This document shows positions 26,243 to 36,258 of a stretch of 64,000 nucleotides of DNA, piece after piece (the stretch's first letter is position 1; the number at the start of each line of letters is the position of its first letter). The position numbers and the translations under genes are program-made. The DNA is taken from the NCBI GenBank assembly GCA_023400985.1, contig JAEXEN010000019.1, positions 1,954-65,953 on the forward strand. Direction: 5' to 3'. The notes beneath the pieces were generated by a model. That model was not told the DNA's origin, ran no database searches, and saw nothing but the letters and a program-made list of their open reading frames with translations. The DNA comes from Bacillota bacterium. GTDB taxonomy: Bacteria; Bacillota; Clostridia; Christensenellales; CAG-138.

Positions 26243-28630
26243 TTATTGCCGCAATTGAAAAGCGCCGACTTTGGTTTTGAGCATCTCCGCCTGGCCGCTG
26301 AGCTCCTCGCTCGTGGCGGCCTGCTCTTCAGCCGTGGCGGAATTGGTCTGCACCACCTGCGACATTTGCTCGATGCCCTTGTCGACCTGCGCGATGGCCG
26401 TGGCCTGTTCGTTGGAGGCGGCGGCTATATCGCTCACGAGCTTTGCGGAAGCTTCCACCGCCTCCAGTATGCCCGCGAGCCCATCCGCGGTCTTGTTGGC
26501 GATCCTCGTGCCTGTTTCGGCCTTCTCCACCGAGCTTTCGATGAGCGCGGCCGTTTTCTTCGCGGCGTCGGCGCTCTTACCCGCGAGGTTCCTGACTTCC
26601 TCGGCGACCACGCCGAAGCCCTTGCCGTGTGCGCCGGCGCGTGCGGCCTCGACCGCCGCGTTGAGGGCAAGTATGTTCGTCTGGAACGCGATATCGTCGA
26701 TCACCTTGATGATCTTCGATATGCTTTCGGAGGCAACGTTAATCTCTGCCATGGCAGCTTGGAGTTTTGCCATGCGTTCGCTGCCCTTGAGCGCGCGCTC
26801 CCGCGCCGTAACGCTAAGCTCGCTCGCTTTGTTCGCGCCGCTTGCGTTTTCGCGCGTCTGTTCGGCGATGGCGCCAATGGAGGCGGTAAGCTCCTCGATG
26901 GAAGCTGCCTGCTCGGTAGCTCCCTGCGAAATGGCCTGGCTGCCGCCCGATACCTGTATGGTGCCCGCGCTCACCTGATCGGCGGCGGCACGAATTTCCG
27001 AAAGCACCGAGCTCATCGATTCCGCGATGGTATTGACGGAGGCTTTGAGCTTGAGAAAGTCGCCCTTATATTCGCTGCCGATGGCGACGCTGAAGTCACC
27101 CTCCGCCATGCTGCCCAAGGCTTCGCTCAGCTCGCCGATGTAGCCGCGAAGGGCAAGTATCGTATCGTTAAGCGAATGCTTGATGATGTTGTGATCGCCC
27201 TTATAGTGCCCCTGCACGCTTGCATCAAGGTTGCCGCGGGAGAGCTCCACAAGGACATTGCTCGCTTCATTCACAGGCTCGATCACCGCGTCGAGCGTGC
27301 TGTTGACGCCCAAGACGATCTCTTTAAACGCGCCCTGATGTTTTTCCGGGTCCGCGCGGTAGGAAAGGTTGCCGCTAAGCGCTGCCTGCGTGAGCGCGGT
27401 CGTATCGGAAACAAGTTCTTTTAACGTATCGCGCACGCCGCAGATGGCGTCGAAGATCATGCCAAATTCGTTTTTCGATTTCACGGTTTCGCTGATGTCC
27501 AGCTCGCCCCGTGCAAGTCCCCCCGCGACCTTCGCTACTTTTTTTGCGGGGGATACCAGGCGGTAGATATTCAAAAACGTGGCCGCATACATGAGGAGCA
27601 AGCCGATGACCATGATAATGCCCAAATTGCTCAGCATTGCGTCGCGCTCCGCCATGACTTCGGAAACATCTACGGCAAAAGCGCTTGAAAACGCGCGGTC
27701 GATGCCCTCGACGGCAATGGGACGGTAGAGAATGTACGCGTTGTTGCCCGTTATCGCGCTTATGCCGTCGATCTCGGCGGTCTCGCCGCTATTTGCCGCG
27801 GCCAGCACGGCGGCGGCTTTTGCATCCGTCCGGGTGTTGTCGCCATAGCTTGTTCCGAGCCGGTCGTTCAGCTTGGAATGGGAGAGGAAGACGCCGTTGT
27901 TGGTAAGGGTATAGGCGTATGCGCTGGAATAACCGCCGTAATTGAACTCCAGTTCGCTAATCTTGCTTGCGATAACGTCGAAGCAAGCCACGCCCACGAA
28001 CCTGTTTGTGCTGTTGTAGACGGGATAACTCACGGTCATGAGCCGTACAATGGTGCCATCGGTAAGCGTATAATTGTAGGGATTGGTGAGATGCGGTTTT
28101 TCGGTATCGCGTACGACGGTATAATACTCCGCAGCGCCGTACACGTCGTAGTCGTTTTTTGCCTCGAAGAGGATCTCGTCGCCGTCGCGAAACGCGTAAT
28201 AGGAAAGGCCGTTGGGCGTAAGGGTGAAGGACTTAAGCGGCTCCCATGCCATGTAGGCGCCGAATAGGCGATCGTCGTCCAAATATTCCCTTAAGGTGTT
28301 TTCGGCAAAGCTCTGAAAGCGCGACTCGACCAGGCCCGAGTCGGTGAGCTCTCCCATCTGGATGGCGAGCGATCTCCCGTTGGCGGAAACCGCATTGAGA
28401 TACGCTTCCACGGCGTTCGCGTTTTGCGCCGCGAGCAGCCCCACCTGCTTTTCGGCGCTTGCGGACATTGCGTTCGAGAGCGAGGAATTCATGTAAACAT
28501 AAATGCCCGCCATGACCAATATGAGGAAAACGAGCACCATGGCGGTCACGGCAAAGGTGAGCCTGTTCCATACATGCGATCTCTTCGCACGTTTTTCCCC
28601 GGTATGCGGTTTCGGCGGACGCTTTTTCAT
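26243..28630 (-). CDS. Methyl-accepting chemotaxis protein, double-Cache sensor (paralog 3)
   Basis: Same architecture as paralog 1; '[37 protein letters not shown]'. Confidence 0.85.
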   Translation of the reverse strand: MKKRPPKPHTGEKRAKRSHVWNRLTFAVTAMVLVFLILVMAGIYVYMNSSLSNAMSASAEKQVGLLAAQNANAVEAYLNAVSANGRSLAIQMGELTDSGLVESRFQSFAENTLREYLDDDRLFGAYMAWEPLKSFTLTPNGLSYYAFRDGDEILFEAKNDYDVYGAAEYYTVVRDTEKPHLTNPYNYTLTDGTIVRLMTVSYPVYNSTNRFVGVACFDVIASKISELEFNYGGYSSAYAYTLTNNGVFLSHSKLNDRLGTSYGDNTRTDAKAAAVLAAANSGETAEIDGISAITGNNAYILYRPIAVEGIDRAFSSAFAVDVSEVMAERDAMLSNLGIIMVIGLLLMYAATFLNIYRLVSPAKKVAKVAGGLARGELDISETVKSKNEFGMIFDAICGVRDTLKELVSDTTALTQAALSGNLSYRADPEKHQGAFKEIVLGVNSTLDAVIEPVNEASNVLVELSRGNLDASVQGHYKGDHNIIKHSLNDTILALRGYIGELSEALGSMAEGDFSVAIGSEYKGDFLKLKASVNTIAESMSSVLSEIRAAADQVSAGTIQVSGGSQAISQGATEQAASIEELTASIGAIAEQTRENASGANKASELSVTARERALKGSERMAKLQAAMAEINVASESISKIIKVIDDIAFQTNILALNAAVEAARAGAHGKGFGVVAEEVRNLAGKSADAAKKTAALIESSVEKAETGTRIANKTADGLAGILEAVEASAKLVSDIAAASNEQATAIAQVDKGIEQMSQVVQTNSATAEEQAATSEELSGQAEMLKTKVGAFQLRQ

Positions 28631-28744
28631 GCTTCACACCCCCATAAAATATGGTAATATATAAAAAGAAATGCTGTTTACATTTATATCGGCAGAATTG
28701 AAAAAATCGTAATATTTTCTTTTGGAAACTGGGGAGGAAGAAAA

Positions 28745-30139
28745 TTGAGGAACAACCGTTTCACTTTACCCACGCTCATCCTGGCATTCTTATTTCTTCT
28801 CGCGGGCTGCGCGCCCGAGGACGACGGACCGTCCGTTTCCACACCCGCCCCCACGCCCACGCCGCCGGCCTTTAAAATACCGTCCGTACCCGCGAACACG
28901 GAGGAAAGCGTTGCAAATTACGGGTCGCTTACGGTAGAGGAGCAGCTTAAACACCACTCCATTGCGCATCTTGTCCGCTCGGTCGCATACGCTTCCCCCG
29001 GGGAGGAATATTACGAGGCCGTGCGCACCTATATAATAGCATACATGGGTGAAGGCGGTGTAAGCCTGCCCGAGGGCTTTACCGTTTCCGCGCCCGATGG
29101 CGTGCCGCTCTATGTGGAAGGCGATACGCAGGGGGAGGATGCGCCTTCCGCGCAATTTTTCATCACAAGCTTCAACATGCCCGAGGGGGAAGGGCATGTA
29201 CTGGCCTCGGTACTGGAACTTGAAAGCGGCTATCTTTCGGGGGCGGAACTCCCGCGCTATATCGCGCGTGCCGTGCTCGTGCCCGAAAGCCCCAAAAGTA
29301 CGGAATACTTTCTTTGCGATACGGACGCAGACGGCTCGCTCGATTATGCGTTCCGCTTTTATACCCCCGGCGTTCCCTACGAGCAAAGCGAGAGCGAGTG
29401 CTATATTGTACATCTGAACGACTGGCGTTTTACGGCCGAATCCGTGACGGATACGGCGTGGGCGCAGTTTAAGGCGGGGTACGAGCGCTTTGCGGCGGAT
29501 TATACCATGCGCGAAAATGTGAAAAAGGGCGTCAATTTAACGGCGCTCACGCCGGAGCGCTGTTCCAAGCTTTCCAAAAACGGAAAAAACGGCACGGTGA
29601 AGCTCGACAAGCTGTATGCGGATACGGCCGAGCTTACGGTGGGCTATACCTATAAAAACGGCGTTTCCCAATGGGAGCTTTCCCTCGAATGTCCCGATGG
29701 CGTTCTTACGGGCGGCTTCAGCGCCGACGGTGCGACGTACCATGACACGAGCATCGCCTGTGCCGATCTTACGGGCGACGGCAAAGAGGAGTTTCTTTTT
29801 AGCGTCATCCCGCACGAAGCTTTAAACGCGGGCGGGGAGCTCCATGTGTTTACGCGTTCGGACGGTACACTCAAAGAGATATTCACCGTGTGCGACGGGA
29901 ACCCGCCTCGAAAGCAGGCGCAGTACGCTTCTTCCTATTTCCTCATCCCCGGCGGCTTCACCTATTCGGACGGCACGGCGGCAGGTGGTTTTTCCGATAT
30001 TTATACCCGCGCCGCCTGTATATCGACTGCCGGGTTCAACCTCCTTCGCATCACCGCCGATAAGGGGGAGAAGAGCGCGCATACCTACCTGTGGTGGAAC
30101 GGCGAAAGCTTTGAGGTGATCGCGCAAAAGGCGGCATAA
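28745..30139 (+). CDS. Hypothetical lipoprotein
   Basis: TTG start after GGAGGAAG. Lipobox 'FLFLLAGC' followed by a Pro/Thr-rich linker 'STPAPTPTPP'. Confidence 0.6.
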   Translation: MRNNRFTLPTLILAFLFLLAGCAPEDDGPSVSTPAPTPTPPAFKIPSVPANTEESVANYGSLTVEEQLKHHSIAHLVRSVAYASPGEEYYEAVRTYIIAYMGEGGVSLPEGFTVSAPDGVPLYVEGDTQGEDAPSAQFFITSFNMPEGEGHVLASVLELESGYLSGAELPRYIARAVLVPESPKSTEYFLCDTDADGSLDYAFRFYTPGVPYEQSESECYIVHLNDWRFTAESVTDTAWAQFKAGYERFAADYTMRENVKKGVNLTALTPERCSKLSKNGKNGTVKLDKLYADTAELTVGYTYKNGVSQWELSLECPDGVLTGGFSADGATYHDTSIACADLTGDGKEEFLFSVIPHEALNAGGELHVFTRSDGTLKEIFTVCDGNPPRKQAQYASSYFLIPGGFTYSDGTAAGGFSDIYTRAACISTAGFNLLRITADKGEKSAHTYLWWNGESFEVIAQKAA

Positions 30140-30274
30140 ACTTGGCTTTTGTATTAAGGTAATGGTCGTATGTCGGAAGGCATGCGGCCTTTTTTATTGC
30201 CTTTCTAAAATAAATGCGCATACTATGATGCATGCGGCATATACCGCAATTTAACATAGAAGGGTGAAAGCGAT

Positions 30275-32116
30275 ATGTGCGGGATCACAGGCGTGATTCA
30301 ATATGACAGAGATCTTACGAACGTAAGCGGCGTCGTTGAGCATATGACGGAGGTGTTGACGCGGCGCGGGCCGGACGATACGGGCATTGTAAAAGAGCGG
30401 CATGCGCTTTTGGGCCACAGGCGGCTCATCGTGGTGGACCCGGCGGGCGGGGCGCAGCCCATGCAAAAAAGCGTTGACGGCAATACATATACCATCGTTT
30501 ATAACGGCGAGCTGTACAACACGGAGGAACTGCGTGAGGAGCTTTTGAAACTCGGCTTTCCCTTCCGCTCCTATTCGGATACGGAAGCGCTTTTGTGTGC
30601 CTATATCGCGTGGGGCACAAATTGCGTCAAAAAGCTCAACGGTATTTTCAGCTTCGGCGTGTGGGATGCGCGGGAGCAAACGCTTTTTCTTTGCCGCGAT
30701 CCCTTGGGCGTCAAACCGCTTTATTACGCGCAAAAGGACGGGGCGTTTTTGTTTGGCTCGGAGCTTAAAGCCATTTTAGCGTATCCCGGCATGCGTGCGG
30801 AGCTTGACGGGGAGGGCATTTTGGAGCTCATCGGCCTGGGTCCCGCGCATACGCCGTCCTCAGGCGTCCTCAAAGGCGTATTCCAGCTGCCCCCGGCGCA
30901 TTTTCTTGTGTACAAGAAAGACGGCTTGCGTGTGGAGGAATACTGGAGACCCCTCAGCCATCCACATGAAAAAACGCCCGAAGAAACGGCTCGTGAAGTG
31001 CGGGACCTTCTCTTTGACGCGGTGAAGCGCCAGCTTACGGCGGATGTGCCGGTATGCACGTTCCTTTCGGGCGGGCTGGACTCGAGCGCCATCTCCGCCA
31101 TAGCAGCCGCGGAATTCAAAAAAAAGGGGGAAAGGCTCCATACTTTTTCCATCGAATACGAGAACAATACGGATTTCTATAAAAAAAGCGACTTCCAGCC
31201 CGATGCGGACGACGTATGGGCGGAAAAAATGGCGGCGCACATCAAAAGCCTCCATACGAAGGTGATTTTAAACAATGCCGATCTTGCGGATGCCCTCTTC
31301 GACGCGGTCACCGCAAACGACATGCCCGGCATGGCGGATATCGATTCCTCGCTCCTGCTCTTTTGCCGCGAGATCAAAAAGACGGCTACCGTGGCGCTTT
31401 CTGGCGAGTGCGCGGATGAGATATTCGGCGGCTATCCGTGGTATGTGCGGCCCGATCTCGCCTACGAAAACACATTCCCGTGGTCGGGCGCCGTAAAAGA
31501 GCGCGAGGCACTTCTTACGCCGCAGGCAAGATCCTTGGGCCTGTCCGATTATGTGCAAAATCGCTACCTGCAAACGGTGAACGCCGCGCCGCTTTCGGAT
31601 GAAGAGAGCGCGGAGGCCGTGAAGCATAAGGTGATGTTTTATCTCAACCTCAAATGGTTTATGCAGACGCTTTTGACCCGCAAGGATCGTATGAGCATGT
31701 TTTCCGCCCTCGAGGTGCGCGTACCGTTCGCGGACTACCGCCTTGTGGAATACGCCTACAATATTCCCCGAGAAATGCTTTTTTACGGTGGCCGCGAAAA
31801 AGGCCTTCTGCGCACGGCCATGCAGGGCGTAATGCCCGAGGAAATACTTTGGCGCAAAAAGAGCCCCTACCCCAAAACCTTCCATCCTGCCTACACGGGC
31901 CGCGTGACGGAAATGCTCCGTGCGTATTTAAACGATAAAGAGCTCCGGCTTGCCGAGTTCCTCGACGTCGCGGCCATAAAGGCGCTCGTCGAAACGGAAG
32001 GCCGCTCGTTTGCCCGCCCGTGGTTTGGGCAGCTCATGATGGGTCCGCAGCTTATAGCGTATTTGGTGCAGCTGGAATATTGGCTTAGGGTGTATGACGT
32101 GAGTGTGTACCTTTAA
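30275..32116 (+). CDS. asnB: Asparagine synthase (glutamine-hydrolysing)
   Basis: N-terminal 'MCGI' Ntn amidotransferase Cys2 and 'FLSGGLDSS' PP-loop. Confidence 0.9.
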   Translation: MCGITGVIQYDRDLTNVSGVVEHMTEVLTRRGPDDTGIVKERHALLGHRRLIVVDPAGGAQPMQKSVDGNTYTIVYNGELYNTEELREELLKLGFPFRSYSDTEALLCAYIAWGTNCVKKLNGIFSFGVWDAREQTLFLCRDPLGVKPLYYAQKDGAFLFGSELKAILAYPGMRAELDGEGILELIGLGPAHTPSSGVLKGVFQLPPAHFLVYKKDGLRVEEYWRPLSHPHEKTPEETAREVRDLLFDAVKRQLTADVPVCTFLSGGLDSSAISAIAAAEFKKKGERLHTFSIEYENNTDFYKKSDFQPDADDVWAEKMAAHIKSLHTKVILNNADLADALFDAVTANDMPGMADIDSSLLLFCREIKKTATVALSGECADEIFGGYPWYVRPDLAYENTFPWSGAVKEREALLTPQARSLGLSDYVQNRYLQTVNAAPLSDEESAEAVKHKVMFYLNLKWFMQTLLTRKDRMSMFSALEVRVPFADYRLVEYAYNIPREMLFYGGREKGLLRTAMQGVMPEEILWRKKSPYPKTFHPAYTGRVTEMLRAYLNDKELRLAEFLDVAAIKALVETEGRSFARPWFGQLMMGPQLIAYLVQLEYWLRVYDVSVYL

Positions 32117-32206
32117 AAAATATATGGGATTTTAGAAAAAGGTATTGACTTGCCGCCGTCTCCGAGTGTTACATTTGCTATGGAGCAATACACAGGAGGA
32201 AGCGGC

Positions 32207-33214
32207 ATGCAAAAAGTCATCTTGGGAAGAACCGGGCTCACGGTGGGCAAAAACAGTTTTGGGGCGCTCCCCGTACAGCGCGTATCGCACGAGGAAGCGA
32301 TTCGCCTTTTGCGCAAGGCGTTTTTTGGCGGCATGAATTACTTCGACACCGCCCGCATGTACTCTGACAGCGAGGAAAAGCTCGGCGCGGCGTTTGAAGG
32401 CGTGCGCGAAAAGATCGTCATTAGCACCAAAACGGGCGCGGCGACTGCGGACGGGTTTGGGGCGGACCTTGCGATAAGTTTAAAAAACCTCCGCACCGAA
32501 TACATCGATATCTATCAGTTCCATAACCCCGATTTCTGCCCCAAACCGGGGGACGGGAGCGGGCTTTACGAGGCGATGCTCGAGGCGAAGGCGCAGGGGA
32601 AGGTGCGCTTTATCGGCATCACCAACCACCGCCTTAACGTTGCGCTCGAAGCCGTTGAAAGCGGCCTTTACGATACGCTCCAGTTCCCGCTAAGTTATCT
32701 TGCTTCCAAGGAGGATCTGGAGCTTGCGGAGGCTTGCCGCCGCCAAAATATGGGCTTTATCGCGATGAAGGCGCTTTCGGGCGGGCTCATCACCGATTCC
32801 GCGCTCGCTTACGCATACCTCGCGCAATTCCCGTTCGTTGTGCCCATCTGGGGCATCCAAAAGGAAGCGGAGCTCGATGAATTCCTTTCCTACAACGAAA
32901 ACGAACCCGAGCTGAACGAAGAAATGCTAAGGCAAATCGAAAAGGACCGCAGGGAGCTTGCGGGCTCGTTCTGCCGCGGTTGCGGCTATTGCATGCCCTG
33001 CCCCGTGGGTATCAAAATCAACAACTGCGCGCGCATGAGCCTCATGATAAGGCGTTCCCCAAAAGAGCCGTGGCTCACCGGAGAATGGCGTTCCAATATG
33101 GCGCAGATAGAAAACTGCCTCAACTGCGGGAAATGCGCATCGAAATGCCCGTATTCCCTCGATACGCCCTCGCTCCTTCGCGCGAATTACGAGGATTATA
33201 AAACCTTTCTTTAA
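32207..33214 (+). CDS. Aldo/keto reductase with a C-terminal Fe-S (ferredoxin-like) extension
   Basis: 'LGRTGLTVGKNSFGALP', 'YFDTARMYSDSE', then 'CRGCGYCMPCP' and 'CLNCGKCASKCP'. ATG 32207 follows GGAGGAAG. Confidence 0.8.
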   Translation: MQKVILGRTGLTVGKNSFGALPVQRVSHEEAIRLLRKAFFGGMNYFDTARMYSDSEEKLGAAFEGVREKIVISTKTGAATADGFGADLAISLKNLRTEYIDIYQFHNPDFCPKPGDGSGLYEAMLEAKAQGKVRFIGITNHRLNVALEAVESGLYDTLQFPLSYLASKEDLELAEACRRQNMGFIAMKALSGGLITDSALAYAYLAQFPFVVPIWGIQKEAELDEFLSYNENEPELNEEMLRQIEKDRRELAGSFCRGCGYCMPCPVGIKINNCARMSLMIRRSPKEPWLTGEWRSNMAQIENCLNCGKCASKCPYSLDTPSLLRANYEDYKTFL

Positions 33215-33278
33215 TACATGAAAATGGCGTGGGAATTTCAGCAGGACGAGTTGACGTGAATTTTTCCCTGCATCTGCA

Positions 33279-33306
33279 TTGACGGTGCGCGCCTGTGTGC
33301 TATAAT
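33279..33306 (+). promoter_or_regulatory. Candidate sigma-A promoter (extended -10)
   Basis: TTGACG, 16 nt, TGcTATAAT. Confidence 0.55.
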
Positions 33307-33360
33307 GGCACTTAGTGCGCCTAAAAAACTGCAATGCAAAGGAATCAAAGAGGATTTTCT

Positions 33361-35004
33361 GTGAAGTATTTCAAGGGATTTTCCGCCATGCTCGCACGCG
33401 AATTCAAGGGCTACAACGCGCAAAAACTCGGCAAGGATGTGCTTGCGGGCGTCACCGTCGCGGCGGTCGCGCTTCCGCTCGCGCTCGCGTTTGGCGTAAG
33501 CAGCGGCGCAAGCGCGGCGGCGGGCCTCGTGACGGCCATCGTGGCGGGCGTGGTGATAGGCTCTCTTTCGGGCGCGTCGTTCCAAATTTCCGGGCCTACG
33601 GGCGCTATGACGGCCATCCTCGTCTCGCTCGTAGCGCGCTACGGCATGCAGGGGGTGTTTATCGCCTGTGCTCTTTCGGGCGTGCTTCTCATCCTCGCCG
33701 GCGTTTTGAAGCTTGGCGACCTGGTCTCTTTCATTCCGCTGCCCGTCATCACGGGCTTTACTTCGGGCATCGCGGTGATCATCGCGCTCGGGCAGGTCAA
33801 CAACCTCACCGGCCTTACCTCCCAAGGCACCGAAACCGTGGAACGCATTTTGAGCTATTTCACCTTTGCGCAAAGCCTCAATCCTTATGCGCTTTTCATC
33901 GGCGCGGCGGTGATATTGTTCATGGCGCTGTACCCGAAAAAGTGGTCGGCGGTCGTGCCGGGTTCGCTCGCGGCCATTATCCTCGCCACGGCGGCAAACA
34001 CGATATTTTCGTTTCCCGTAAACGAGGTGGGAGAGATACCCAAAACCCTCCTGCTTAGCGAGCGCTTAACGTTTCAAAACTTTGATTTTCGCCGTGCGAG
34101 CGAACTGCTGATGCCCGCCGTGAGTATTGCGGCGCTCGGTATGATCGAAAGCCTTTTGTGCGGCGCTTCCGCCGGACGCATGAAGGGCGAAAAGCTCAAC
34201 GCGGGCGCGGAATTGATCGCGCAAGGCATTGGCAATCTCGTGCTTCCTTTCTTCGGCGGCGTGCCGGCTACGGCGGCCATTGCGCGCACGAGCGTCGCGG
34301 TGAAGGCCGGCGGGCAGACGCGCCTTGTAAGCGTCCTCCATTCCGCGGTGCTGCTGCTTTCCATGTTTGCGCTCGGCGGCGTCATGAGAAAAATTCCGCT
34401 GTGCGCGCTTGCGGGCGTGCTCATGGTTACGGCGTGGCGCATGAACGAGTGGCATGTAATCAGGGATATCTTCCGTAAGCGCATCGCGAGCGCCATGATG
34501 CAGTTTGGCGTTACCATGGCATGCACGGTGATGTTCGATCTCACCGTCGCCATCGTCGTCGGCGTGCTGTTTTCGGTCCTTACGTTCGTGGTGAAGGTAT
34601 CGCAGATGCAGATCACCGTGAGCGGCGTCGTGCCTGAAAAGCTTCCGGAATGCGCCCAAATGAAAGGGCATGAAGATACCGCCGTGGTCTATGTGAGCGG
34701 CCCGCTCTACTTCGGCTCCGTGCGCAGGCTTGAGGATTGCGTGAGAGAGGAGCTTAAAGGAAAGCGCCGCGTCATTTTCTCCATGCGCGGCGTACCGCTG
34801 GCGGATCTTTCCGCCGTGCAGGCGGTCACGGATTTGTGCAGGTCCATGACGGAGGGCGGCGCGCAAGTGTATTTTTCGAGCCTCCAGCCGAACGTGGAGC
34901 AGATGCTCGAAAAATGCGGCCTCAAGCACGCGGTGGGCGCGGACCGCTTCTATTGGAGCGTCGATCAGGCCATCAAGGGCATGGCGCAAGCGCCGGAATT
35001 TTAA
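33361..35004 (+). CDS. SulP-family anion transporter with a C-terminal STAS domain
   Basis: 'LAGVTVAAVALPLALAFGVSSG' and 'ELIAQGIGN' Sulfate_transp motifs, with a STAS-like tail. The start is uncertain (GTG 33361, ATG 33334 or ATG 33388). Confidence 0.85.
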   Translation: MKYFKGFSAMLAREFKGYNAQKLGKDVLAGVTVAAVALPLALAFGVSSGASAAAGLVTAIVAGVVIGSLSGASFQISGPTGAMTAILVSLVARYGMQGVFIACALSGVLLILAGVLKLGDLVSFIPLPVITGFTSGIAVIIALGQVNNLTGLTSQGTETVERILSYFTFAQSLNPYALFIGAAVILFMALYPKKWSAVVPGSLAAIILATAANTIFSFPVNEVGEIPKTLLLSERLTFQNFDFRRASELLMPAVSIAALGMIESLLCGASAGRMKGEKLNAGAELIAQGIGNLVLPFFGGVPATAAIARTSVAVKAGGQTRLVSVLHSAVLLLSMFALGGVMRKIPLCALAGVLMVTAWRMNEWHVIRDIFRKRIASAMMQFGVTMACTVMFDLTVAIVVGVLFSVLTFVVKVSQMQITVSGVVPEKLPECAQMKGHEDTAVVYVSGPLYFGSVRRLEDCVREELKGKRRVIFSMRGVPLADLSAVQAVTDLCRSMTEGGAQVYFSSLQPNVEQMLEKCGLKHAVGADRFYWSVDQAIKGMAQAPEF

Positions 35005-35478
35005 ATGAAGGAGCGTGCAGGCATGGACCCCGTTGTTTTATCCGTTCGCGAGAACCCGGCTTATCTTGACCGCGCGGTCGGTTACTTCTCCGAAAAATGG
35101 GGCATCGACCGCCGCGTATACGAGGATTCCATATCGTTTAGCCTCGATACTTCAAGCCCGCTTCCGCGCTGGTACCTTCTTATGGAGGGGGATACCATCA
35201 TCGGAAGTTACGGCCTTATCGCAAACGACTTTATCAGCCGGCAGGATCTTTGGCCGTGGCTTTGCGCGCTGTATGTGGAGGAAAGCGAGCGCGGAAAAGG
35301 CTATGGCGGGCTTCTTCTGGCGCACGGCCGGCGGGAGGCGGAAAAGCTCGGGTTCGGCAAGGTATACCTCTCCACCGACCATACCTCCTATTATGAAAGA
35401 TACGGCTGGAAATTCATCGGAATGGGATACGGCCCCTTCGGCGAATCCCGCATTTATGAGAACAGCTCAATTGAATAA
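35005..35478 (+). CDS. GNAT family N-acetyltransferase
   Basis: 'LYVEESERGKGYGGLLLAHGRREAEKLG' motif A. Confidence 0.75.
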   Translation: MKERAGMDPVVLSVRENPAYLDRAVGYFSEKWGIDRRVYEDSISFSLDTSSPLPRWYLLMEGDTIIGSYGLIANDFISRQDLWPWLCALYVEESERGKGYGGLLLAHGRREAEKLGFGKVYLSTDHTSYYERYGWKFIGMGYGPFGESRIYENSSIE

Positions 35479-36045
35479 AGCTTCCATCAATATATCGAGG
35501 TCTTTTCCCGTCCTCTCCACCACATCGTATCTGTAATCGTTTAAACACCAATCGAACAAACAGCCGCGCACGAACTTGATCAAAAGGTCCGCCGCGTATT
35601 CGGGCGTAAAGCCTTCCTTCAAATACGCCCGAGCCTCGTGCACGCGGCTCAAAACGGCCCTGTAATAGGCGCGGTCGGGGCTTGCGGCGAGGCGCGCGCT
35701 GTCGGTGAGGATGGTCCTGTAGTATTCGGCGGTGAGCGGTCCGGCCTCCCGCGCCACAAACTCCGTCTGCACCATCAGCACGGCGCGGACGCTTTCTAAA
35801 GGCGTTCCCGCGCGCGCGGGCAGAAATTCGCTCATGGAATCGTCAAAAAGCAAAAAGGAGCGGCTCATCAACTCGCTTTTTGAGGAAAAGTGATGATAAA
35901 ACGCGCCGATGGAAACGCCGGCTTCCTCGCAGATGCCTTTCACGCTCGTCTTTTCCCAGCCCATTTTTCGAATCAGGCGCATGGCTGCCTGCATGATGGC
36001 GGATACCGTTTTCGCGCTACGCTGCGCGTTGGTGTGAACGGACAT
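35467..36045 (-). CDS. TetR/AcrR family transcriptional regulator
   Basis: N-terminal HTH 'EKTSVKGICEEAGVSIGAFYHHFSSK'. Confidence 0.85.
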   Translation of the reverse strand: MSVHTNAQRSAKTVSAIMQAAMRLIRKMGWEKTSVKGICEEAGVSIGAFYHHFSSKSELMSRSFLLFDDSMSEFLPARAGTPLESVRAVLMVQTEFVAREAGPLTAEYYRTILTDSARLAASPDRAYYRAVLSRVHEARAYLKEGFTPEYAADLLIKFVRGCLFDWCLNDYRYDVVERTGKDLDILMEALFN

Positions 36046-36159
36046 AGATCATTCCTCCAATAATATGCTTCATCATATCACAGCATGGATTTCGGGAAAA
36101 CAGCTGTTTTTTCATGTTGCGGTTTTTTGCTTTTTTCAAGAGAAAAGAAGGAAAATGTA

Positions 36160-36223
36160 TTGTGACAGAATTAACGAAGTGATATAATACAACCAAAGAA
36201 AAACAGAATGGAATTCTGTTTTT
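36160..36223 (+). promoter_or_regulatory. Candidate promoter plus palindromic operator for the flavoenzyme/AcnX operon
   Basis: TTGTGA, 17 nt, TATAAT (36183-36188). A perfect 11-bp inverted repeat aaaaacagaat-gga-attctgttttt follows at 36199-36223. Confidence 0.55.
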
Positions 36224-36258
36224 GAGAACGCATTACTGTAATGAAGGAGCGTGGGCAC

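Noticed and set aside
33238-34989. Minus-strand ORFs 33238-33873 and 34066-34989, and plus-strand ORF 33315-34058.
   Set aside because: They overlap the SulP transporter gene in other frames or on the other strand, with Arg/His-rich low-complexity products. The SulP reading frame has the family motifs.
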